DNA of 32,000 bases from Candidatus Nitrosotalea bavarica (GTDB lineage Archaea; Thermoproteota; Nitrososphaeria; Nitrososphaerales; Nitrosopumilaceae): positions 98,782-130,781 of the forward strand of contig NZ_FUYK01000001.1 of NCBI RefSeq assembly GCF_900167955.1, in the 5' to 3' direction. The notes under the pieces are model-generated. The model worked only from the letters and a program-made list of their open reading frames with translations. It made no database searches and was not told the origin of the DNA. Both the position numbers and the translations under genes were made by a program. Every line of letters begins with the position of its first letter. Positions within the stretch are counted from its first letter, which is position 1. Below are positions 1 through 6,721 of this stretch, one piece after another.

Positions 1-117
1 TCCAGGAATCCAGACCATCGCAAATTGTCCTGGAAGTACTTTTGATAATATTTCATCAGAAAAGAACAGAGTACGAACAGTTGGAGTTTCATCCACTATT
101 TTTTCGATTGTTACCAT
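1..117 (-). CDS. pyrK: Dihydroorotate dehydrogenase electron-transfer subunit (PyrK-like), N-terminal fragment running off the window
   Basis: Hand translation of the minus strand from ATG 117..115 gives MVTIEKIVDETPTVRTLFFSDEILSKVLPGQFAMVWIPG, open to position 1. The PGQF..W.PG stretch resembles the start of the PyrK/ferredoxin-reductase beta-barrel. It starts 10 nt after the pyrD stop. Not in the ORF track because it is truncated. Confidence 0.55.
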   Translation of the reverse strand, partial: MVTIEKIVDETPTVRTLFFSDEILSKVLPGQFAMVWIPG

Positions 118-127
118 CTTTGGAGTA

Positions 128-1036
128 TCAAAACTTTTTTGCAATCCCAACCATCTCCTTTATTTTTGTAAAGTTTTTTCTTTCCATATACTTGGATATT
201 CCATTATTTATCTCAGAGAATACTCCAGTCCATTTTTCTCCAACAGCACTGCCAATTTGTACAGCACTTGCCCCTGCAAGTAAAAATTCTACAGCATCTT
301 CCCACCTTGAAATTCCACCACACCCAATAATAGGAATATCAAACTTTGATGAGATTTCATAGACGCATCGTACTGCAACAGGTTTGATTGGAGGCCCAGA
401 TAATCCACCTATCTTATGACTTAAGAAAGGTCTGCCCGTTTCTACATCTATTGCCATTGCCCTAAGTGTATTTATTGCAGTTATGCCATCAATTCCACTC
501 TCACATGCAGTACTAACAGTTTTCAGATAGTCTGAAGAACCAAGACCCACTTTTGCAATTACTGGAACTTTGGATTCTTTTTTTACGGATTTTATTATAG
601 TGCGAACAAGTTCTGGATCATCGCCAACTTCTAGCCCAACCTTTTCAACATGAGGACAGGACAGGTTTAGCTCGTATCCTAGAATCTTTACATTCTCAAA
701 TTGTTTTATCATAAATGTAAAGTCTTCAGGAATAGAGCCCACCAGACTAACAATTATCGGAATAGTTTGATTTGATGACAACATCTTTGCAAAGTACGGA
801 GCCCCTGGATTTGACAGTCCAACTGCATTTAGATACCCATTTGCCAGTCCGATTATGGTAGGGTTTGGGTATCCATCCCATGGTTCTTTGCTAAGCGATT
901 TTGTGACCAGCGCTCCTGCTCCTTCTTTATATAGACGACCAAAAACGTCAAGCGATATACCAAGAATGCCAGATGCAAGCATCGTGGGTCTTTCAAGTAC
1001 AATGGGACCTACACTGGTTGAAATGTCAGGACTCAC
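128..1036 (-). CDS. pyrD: Dihydroorotate dehydrogenase, class 1B catalytic subunit
   Basis: 302 aa with a GTG start. Motifs: MLASGILG, NAVGLSNPG, LNLSCPH (class-1 active-site Cys loop), GGLSGPPIKP, GCGGISRWEDAVEFLLAGASAVQIGSA. Confidence 0.9.
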   Translation of the reverse strand: MSPDISTSVGPIVLERPTMLASGILGISLDVFGRLYKEGAGALVTKSLSKEPWDGYPNPTIIGLANGYLNAVGLSNPGAPYFAKMLSSNQTIPIIVSLVGSIPEDFTFMIKQFENVKILGYELNLSCPHVEKVGLEVGDDPELVRTIIKSVKKESKVPVIAKVGLGSSDYLKTVSTACESGIDGITAINTLRAMAIDVETGRPFLSHKIGGLSGPPIKPVAVRCVYEISSKFDIPIIGCGGISRWEDAVEFLLAGASAVQIGSAVGEKWTGVFSEINNGISKYMERKNFTKIKEMVGIAKKF

Positions 1037-1113
1037 TTCTAATAATAAAAAATGGTTGTCTTATAACGTTTGATGTGGTTTGGAATCCATACTGTTACAT
1101 TTTTTAGTAAGAC

Positions 1114-2436
1114 ATGAAAATGCTCTCTATGTATTCTGTCATTTTAACAGAGTTGGGTGTTGCAGTTTTTGATGATAATAAATGTGTAAAATCATTTCCA
1201 TTTTCAAATCCTGCAGTTCAGTATGTAGATTTGAAAAAAGAACAGATCAATCTCAATGAATTAGAACAATTCCTTGCCAATTTAGGAAGCATTGTTACCG
1301 TAAATGATTCTTCGTTGTTGAAATTATTGAGGAAAAAATCCATAGAGTCAGATCTCATGGATGAGAAGAAAATAGAGACTATACAATCTTCAAAATTGCA
1401 CGTCCTTGTAGACTCGGGCTTTGCCACAGATGAAGGAGATGCCAGAGGAAAATTACGAGAATTTGCACTCAATCTATCATCATCTAGAGTAACAGAGATT
1501 TCTGAAAGTCCTGATTTGCACATAATTCAGGCAATCAGTACCTTAGACGAGACAGACAAGATAATCAATTTACTAAGTTCCAGAGTAAGAGAGTGGTACG
1601 GATTACATTTTCCAGAACTTGACAATCTAATTGATACAATTAGTGGGTATTCAAAAATTGTCACGGCGGGGAGAAGAGACGATCTTACTCAGGATACGTA
1701 TCTTGAGGCTGGTTTTCCTGAAGAGAAAGCAGAGATGCTATCGTTATTACAAAAAAAGAGTAGGGGCGGTCAGATCTCAGATGAGAATCTTGCAATAGTT
1801 CAAAGTATTTCAAAACAGATTTTAGAACTTTTTGAGTTGAGACAATCACTTGAAAAACACATCGAATCGCAAATGGAGCTAGTGGCACCAAACATTTCTG
1901 TCATATTAGGTTCTGCTGTTGGAGCAAGAATACTTGCAAAGGCAGGAAGTCTAAAGAGACTTGCAATGATGCCAGCTAGTACAATTCAAATTCTGGGTGC
2001 AGAAAAGGCATTGTTTAGATCACTCAAAACTGGCGCCCAGCCACCAAAACATGGTTTGTTGTTCCAGCATCAGTTAGTTCACGCTGCTCCAAGATGGCAA
2101 AGAGGTAAAATTGCAAGGGCGATAGCTGCAAAAGCTGCAATTGCTGCAAGAGTAGATGTCTATGGAGCAGGTAGAAATGATACATTACTTGAAAAACTCA
2201 ACATACGAGTCACAGAGATAGGAGTAAAATACAAAGACCAGCCAGAAAGGCCAGCTTTCCAGCCACGTAGACAGGAAGACACACGAGATAGAAGATTTGG
2301 TGGAGGCGGAGGTAGAGGCGGCAGAGAGGGAGATAGAAGATTTGGTGGAGGCGGAGGTAGAGGCGGCAGAGAGGGAGACAAGCAAAACGACTGGCAAAAG
2401 AGCAAGAGAAAAAAGTTTGGAAAACGAAGAAGATAA
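1114..2436 (+). CDS. nop5: C/D box sRNP core protein Nop5 (Nop56/58 homologue) with C-terminal GAR/RGG repeats and a basic tail
   Basis: 440 aa. Nop domain: APNISVILGSAVGARILAKAGSLKRLAMMPASTIQILGAEKALFRSLKTG..PKHGLLFQH. C-terminus: DRRFGGGGGRGGREG x2 followed by KSKRKKFGKRRR. Immediately upstream of fibrillarin, the usual archaeal arrangement. Confidence 0.9.
   Translation: MKMLSMYSVILTELGVAVFDDNKCVKSFPFSNPAVQYVDLKKEQINLNELEQFLANLGSIVTVNDSSLLKLLRKKSIESDLMDEKKIETIQSSKLHVLVDSGFATDEGDARGKLREFALNLSSSRVTEISESPDLHIIQAISTLDETDKIINLLSSRVREWYGLHFPELDNLIDTISGYSKIVTAGRRDDLTQDTYLEAGFPEEKAEMLSLLQKKSRGGQISDENLAIVQSISKQILELFELRQSLEKHIESQMELVAPNISVILGSAVGARILAKAGSLKRLAMMPASTIQILGAEKALFRSLKTGAQPPKHGLLFQHQLVHAAPRWQRGKIARAIAAKAAIAARVDVYGAGRNDTLLEKLNIRVTEIGVKYKDQPERPAFQPRRQEDTRDRRFGGGGGRGGREGDRRFGGGGGRGGREGDKQNDWQKSKRKKFGKRRR
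2287..2378. repeat. Perfect 45-bp direct tandem duplication (2 copies) encoding DRRFGGGGGRGGREG inside nop5
   Basis: gatagaagatttggtggaggcggaggtagaggcggcagagaggga occurs at 2287-2331 and again, identically, at 2332-2376. The next 2 nt also match. Confidence 0.9.
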
Positions 2437-3091
2437 TATTTTTTGGGTAAAAAGTGAAGGGGAAAAAAGACTTGCAACCATAAATCTCGTACCCGGAAAT
2501 CAAGTCTATAGAGAAAAATTAGTAAAAATAGATGATGAAGAATTTAGGATATGGGATCCTTATCGTAGCAAACTCGGAGCTGCCATAATGAACGGTCTTC
2601 AGTTTTTACCCATTGTTAGAAAAGTAAAAGTTCTCTATCTTGGAGTATCTACAGGAACTACTGCAAGCCATGTCTCAGATATTGTTGGTCCAAGTGGGAT
2701 AGTTTTCTGTGTTGAACATTCAAGTAGAGTTGCCAGAGACTTTTTGGAAAGAGTAGCTTCGTTTAGATCAAACGTAGTTCCAATTTTACAAGATGCACGT
2801 AGTCCCAAGGAATATTTTTCAGTGTATGGTCCAGTTGATGTTGTTTATGTCGATATTGCTCAACCAGATCAGACAGAAATTGCAATCCTAAATTGTAAGA
2901 CATATCTAAAAAAAGGCGGATACATGATGCTTGTAGTAAAAACAAGAAGTATCGATGTTACAAGAGAACCTGCCCAAGTAATGCGCTCAGAGATAAAGAA
3001 ATTATCGGCAAACTTTGAGATAGTTCAGGAGATTAATCTCGAGCCATATGAAGGAGATCATGGTATGATTGTAGCAAAATACCTAGGATGA
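2417..3091 (+). CDS. flpA: Fibrillarin-like rRNA/tRNA 2'-O-methyltransferase
   Basis: Motifs: VLYLGVSTGTTASHVSDIV (SAM-binding), VDVVYVDIAQPDQ, MMLVVKTRSID. The ORF is open from TTG 2297, but residues 1-40 are an acidic alternate-frame read-through of the nop5 GAR repeat. In-frame TTG codons lie at 2297, 2342 and 2417, and there is no ATG before the conserved core. I chose 2417 (224 aa, typical archaeal length). The start is uncertain. Confidence 0.8.
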   Translation: MENEEDNIFWVKSEGEKRLATINLVPGNQVYREKLVKIDDEEFRIWDPYRSKLGAAIMNGLQFLPIVRKVKVLYLGVSTGTTASHVSDIVGPSGIVFCVEHSSRVARDFLERVASFRSNVVPILQDARSPKEYFSVYGPVDVVYVDIAQPDQTEIAILNCKTYLKKGGYMMLVVKTRSIDVTREPAQVMRSEIKKLSANFEIVQEINLEPYEGDHGMIVAKYLG

Positions 3092-3706
3092 TTTACTTAA
3101 TAATATTTTGATTGGTTTCCAACTCTTTCTGACAAAGACTGGAACATCCCCATTTTGAGATAGCCATTGTTTGATAAATCCCATAGTTTTAGAGTCAGAT
3201 GGGTACCCACTTCCAAGATCATGATTCTTTCGTAGTTTTTCAATCTCCCTATCCCTGTTTACTTTGGCAATAATTGATGCTGCGGAGACTACTGGGTATT
3301 TTTTATCGGCATGATGACTAGAGATAATTTTTCCAGTCTTGGCAATATTTGAGATATACAACCCAAATCGTTTGGGATTTACGTCACACGAGTCAACGTA
3401 CGAAGAACTTGCCCCAAGTTTTTTTATAACTTTAGCCATATAGTCTGCTTCAAGTTGGTTTAGCAGGTTTTTGTTGACATGTCTATCTATCGTTCTTGGT
3501 GGAATTTTTGCCACGTAATACGAATCCACTAGTGACAATATCTTATCATATAGATTTTCTCGCGATTTTGGGCTGAGTTGTTTTGAATCCTTGACTCCTA
3601 TTGCGGAAAGATGTTTTATCTTATTTCGCTCAATAGAAATTCCAGCTATAACAAGTGGACCCAAGACTGAACCTCGACCTGCGTCATCTACTCCGCAGAC
3701 TAGCAT
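3083..3706 (-). CDS. rnhB: Ribonuclease HII
   Basis: 207 aa. Motifs: GVDDAGRGSVLGPLVIAG, VKDSKQLSP, YVDSCD, HADKKYPVVSAASIIAKV. Confidence 0.9.
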   Translation of the reverse strand: MLVCGVDDAGRGSVLGPLVIAGISIERNKIKHLSAIGVKDSKQLSPKSRENLYDKILSLVDSYYVAKIPPRTIDRHVNKNLLNQLEADYMAKVIKKLGASSSYVDSCDVNPKRFGLYISNIAKTGKIISSHHADKKYPVVSAASIIAKVNRDREIEKLRKNHDLGSGYPSDSKTMGFIKQWLSQNGDVPVFVRKSWKPIKILLSKSS

Positions 3707-3755
3707 TTTAGTTATTCTTGCGTTAGATGTATTAAATCATTTTAGATAAGATAAG

Positions 3756-4889
3756 ATGTTGGAGTTTGACCTTGCTGAGATAGTAGAAGGAAGTACGAAG
3801 CTTCTAGTACCAAGAGATTCACTATCAGAAAAAACACCTCCAAAGGAACCAGCATTTTTTAATCCAAGGGCTAGAGTTAGTAGAGATTTTTCCATAATAG
3901 CATATTCTGCATTTCTTAAAAACTTCAAGGGTCCAAAGATCTTTTTGGATTCACTTGCAGGAATTGGTGCAAGAAGCATAAGAGTTGCAAATGAAATAAG
4001 TTCAATAGAAAAAGTTGTTGCAAATGATGTAAATGCTCAAGCCCTCGAGATTGGAAAAAGCATCGCAAAGGTAAATGGAGTAACAAATTGTGAGTTTTCT
4101 GAAAATGAGGCTTGTAGATTCCTAAGTCTTCATTCGTCAAGAGACGGACGTGGTGCAATTGTAGATGTAGATCCTTTTGGCTCACCTTCACGCTATCTGG
4201 ATTGTGCAATCAGAGCTACGTTTCATGGAGGGCTCTTGTCAGTTACTGCTACTGACCTGACTGTATTACATGGAATATTTCCAGAAGCATGCAAACGCAA
4301 GTATTATGGAACCCCAGTTAGAACCACATATGGAAATGAGATAGCATTACGACTTGTTCTCGGATGCATGAATCTCGTTGCAGGTAGAATGGATATCATG
4401 GTAGCACCATTATTTGTACAACATAGTATGCATTACTACAAGGCGTATGTCAAGATACTTGTTAGAACAAATACCAAAAATTGCATGGGATACATCCTAC
4501 ATTGTGATAATTGTGGTAACAGAAAAGTTGTACAGGAAGTTGAACACATATGCAATATCTGTAAATCAAAGGCAAAACTTGCAGGACCGCTTTGGATAGA
4601 TAATATGCAAGACAAGAATTTTGTAGATGCGATGATACCAGAAGAAGAAAACTTGAAGGTTGACAAGTCTTGTAAAATGTTCTTGGAAAAGTGTCAAGAA
4701 GAAGTAGGTATGCCACCTGCCTATTTTACCTTGGATGAGATAGGACATAGAAACCGGTCAGCCCCACCATCTCTAGATAAAATAATAGAAAAGATTCAAG
4801 GTATTGGACTAAGGGCTACAAAAACAAGTATGAATCCCACAGGGTTTAAGACTGATGCTAGAATTGACGAAATTTTATCTCTAGTTTAA
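3756..4889 (+). CDS. trm1: tRNA (guanine26-N2)-dimethyltransferase Trm1
   Basis: 377 aa. Motifs: FFNPRARVSRD, LDSLAGIGARSIRVANE, VDVDPFGSP, and the Cys cluster HCDNCGN...CNICKS typical of archaeal Trm1. Confidence 0.9.
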   Translation: MLEFDLAEIVEGSTKLLVPRDSLSEKTPPKEPAFFNPRARVSRDFSIIAYSAFLKNFKGPKIFLDSLAGIGARSIRVANEISSIEKVVANDVNAQALEIGKSIAKVNGVTNCEFSENEACRFLSLHSSRDGRGAIVDVDPFGSPSRYLDCAIRATFHGGLLSVTATDLTVLHGIFPEACKRKYYGTPVRTTYGNEIALRLVLGCMNLVAGRMDIMVAPLFVQHSMHYYKAYVKILVRTNTKNCMGYILHCDNCGNRKVVQEVEHICNICKSKAKLAGPLWIDNMQDKNFVDAMIPEEENLKVDKSCKMFLEKCQEEVGMPPAYFTLDEIGHRNRSAPPSLDKIIEKIQGIGLRATKTSMNPTGFKTDARIDEILSLV

Positions 4890-5482
4890 ATTCCAAGATA
4901 CCCTAAACAAACATAGTATAATTCACTACTAGATTTTCTGCTTGCTGAAGGTTTTCTTAGCTGAACTTTGGCAAACTTTTTTCGTATATAGTCTCTGAAT
5001 TCAATCGAATATTGACCATCAAATACTTTGAAGAGTGCGTTACCCTTTCGTGCCAAAACTTGGTCCATGATTTTACTTGCTGCATAGTTAAGAGAGATTT
5101 GTCTTCCATGGTCCACATCCCATTGTCCAGTAACTGTTGGTGATAGATCACAAATAACGGCATTAATTTTACCTCCAAAATACTCGAAAATTTGTTCTAC
5201 AACAGATTCGTCCTCAATGTCTCCCCTGATGATATGAACATCTTGAATTTCTTCTACAAATGCTTTGTCAATGCCCATAACTTGTCCTTTGTTTCCTGCA
5301 AGTTCTTTTGCAACTTGAGTCCATCCACCAGGGGAGCATCCCAAATCCAAAACAAAAAACCCAGGACCAATTATTCGATAAGAAGTGTTTAGTTCTTTTA
5401 GTTTGTATGCAGCTCTACTTCGATATCCTTCTTTGTGAGCTAGTCTTCTATACAAGTCACGCCTTGCATCAATTAACTTCAT
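4886..5482 (-). CDS. rlmE: 23S rRNA 2'-O-ribose methyltransferase RlmE/FtsJ
   Basis: Motifs: YRSRAAYKLKELN, VLDLGCSPGGWTQV, VICDLSP, FKVFDG. The ORF track starts at ATG 5521. I prefer ATG 5482, which forms an ATGA overlap with the stop of the upstream gene and gives MKLIDARRDLYRR. Confidence 0.85.
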   Translation of the reverse strand: MKLIDARRDLYRRLAHKEGYRSRAAYKLKELNTSYRIIGPGFFVLDLGCSPGGWTQVAKELAGNKGQVMGIDKAFVEEIQDVHIIRGDIEDESVVEQIFEYFGGKINAVICDLSPTVTGQWDVDHGRQISLNYAASKIMDQVLARKGNALFKVFDGQYSIEFRDYIRKKFAKVQLRKPSASRKSSSELYYVCLGYLGI

Positions 5483-6060
5483 TTCTTTACCTTCTTTGTA
5501 GAAATTTCGGTTAAAACCCATTGTTCAATCAAGGGACAAGTTCGTGGACTAATTTCTCCTTCAAGAGTACATTTTGATTCAACAGGACAAATTAGACATG
5601 GTGCTGATTCTATTGATTGTGTGGTTACTGGTACATGTGCAATCTTTAGTTTGTAAGTCCAACGACCGTTTTCAAGAATTTTTTCCCTTTTTACAAGATG
5701 TTGTCTCTCAAGCTTTAGTGCAAGCCTAGAACCATCTCTACTTGATAGTTTGAGTTTCTTCCAAAGTTCACTTTGGAACATGCCATTGTCTCCGCGTTTT
5801 GCAACCAAGCCTAAAACAGTTGTTTTTAATTTTTCCATATCCAGACCTTCTATCTGGAAGTTTTCTATCTCCTTTTCATCAATCTCTTCTTCTTCCTCTA
5901 AAAGTTCAGCCTCCTTTTTCAATTCAGCCTTGGTCTTTTTCTTTTCTGGTTTAGTAATTTCCTTTTTCTTTTCAGTCTTGACTACTTTCTTCTTTTCAGT
6001 CTTGGTTACTTCCTTCTTTTCTTCCATTTTTTTGATTGATTTTTTTTCTTTTTTAGCCAT
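5479..6060 (-). CDS. Winged-helix + Cys4 (Fe-S-type) protein, TFEbeta / RNAP III RPC34-like, with a Lys/Glu-rich N-terminal extension
   Basis: 193 aa. The N-terminal ~60 aa are KKE-type low complexity (KTEKKKVVKTEKKKEITKPEKKK). The central part looks like a wHTH (FQSELWKKLKLSSRDGSRLALKLERQHLVKRE). The C-terminus PCLICPVESKCTLEGEISPRTCPLIEQW matches the C-x2-C-x5-C-x11-C ... W pattern I recall for the RPC34/TFEbeta cluster domain. Confidence 0.55.
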   Translation of the reverse strand: MAKKEKKSIKKMEEKKEVTKTEKKKVVKTEKKKEITKPEKKKTKAELKKEAELLEEEEEIDEKEIENFQIEGLDMEKLKTTVLGLVAKRGDNGMFQSELWKKLKLSSRDGSRLALKLERQHLVKREKILENGRWTYKLKIAHVPVTTQSIESAPCLICPVESKCTLEGEISPRTCPLIEQWVLTEISTKKVKK

Positions 6061-6135
6061 GATTATTTAATAATAACAAGAATGTTATTCCTCAAGATTA
6101 CAGATACTCGTGCAATATAATAACATATAATTTTC

Positions 6136-6666
6136 TTATTGTACGTTAAAGTTAGCCTTAACACTAGTACTATTTTGATTGGTCTTGTCCTTCATTTCTA
6201 CCACAATCTGATAAGGACCTGTTTTATCAATAACAGGTGTAAAAGTATCTTGAATTGGCATAGTAGAATTATTCTGTCCAAAACATTGTGAAAAGTAGGC
6301 ATGTTGGACTATAATTTGCATTGGAGACGTACTTGGATCATATATTGTCATATACAGATCTCCACAATCAAATGCGGTATTGTTTACCATAACTCTAAAG
6401 TTAAGCGGTGTAGATATAGGATAAGAACTGTTCAGATTCAACAATCGTATGTCCTTGTCTCCTTGTTGTCCAGTTTGTGTTTCAAATTTAAATTGCCACA
6501 TGTTTAATTTTCTATCAGGTTGTCCTAAAACATCAGCTAGTACAAATCCTCCAAAAATCAATGAAACTATAACAGGAAAGACGAAAACAAGATAAGCAAT
6601 TTTTTTTACTGCCAATTTGTAGTATAACCGCTCTAGTTCCCATATATCTATTTGGTCGAAAAACAT
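6136..6666 (-). CDS. Hypothetical membrane-anchored protein (single N-terminal TM, extracytoplasmic beta-rich domain)
   Basis: 176 aa with an ATG start. Hydrophobic segment IAYLVFVFPVIVSLIFGGFVLADVL, followed by a Thr/Asn/Gln-rich region with several N-x-S/T sequons. No recognisable family. Confidence 0.5.
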   Translation of the reverse strand: MFFDQIDIWELERLYYKLAVKKIAYLVFVFPVIVSLIFGGFVLADVLGQPDRKLNMWQFKFETQTGQQGDKDIRLLNLNSSYPISTPLNFRVMVNNTAFDCGDLYMTIYDPSTSPMQIIVQHAYFSQCFGQNNSTMPIQDTFTPVIDKTGPYQIVVEMKDKTNQNSTSVKANFNVQ

Positions 6667-6721
6667 CTAATTGATAAATTTGACGAATAAGTTAAATCAC
6701 AGCCAAGCCAATAGCCGCTAG

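Noticed and set aside
42-362. A 106-aa plus-strand ORF at the left edge.
   Set aside because: It is entirely antisense to pyrK'/pyrD, which have strong family motifs. Its hydrophobic low-complexity translation is typical of a shadow ORF.
2297-2416. Treating the acidic VEAEVEAAERE N-terminal extension as a genuine part of fibrillarin.
   Set aside because: It is simply the +1-frame reading of the nop5 GAR repeat, and the resulting 264-aa protein would be longer than typical archaeal fibrillarins. It is kept only as an open question in the findings.
2160-2503. Three overlapping minus-strand ORFs (97-105 aa) with PPPPP/LPPLP and Leu/Ser-rich repeats.
   Set aside because: They are antisense to the nop5 GAR repeat and the flpA start. 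Their openness is a by-product of the GGN/AGA-rich repeat lacking stop codons on the opposite strand.
5750-6070. A 106-aa plus-strand ORF rich in Ser/Phe repeats.
   Set aside because: It is a shadow of the K/E-rich (AAG/GAA) coding repeats of the TFEbeta-like gene on the minus strand.
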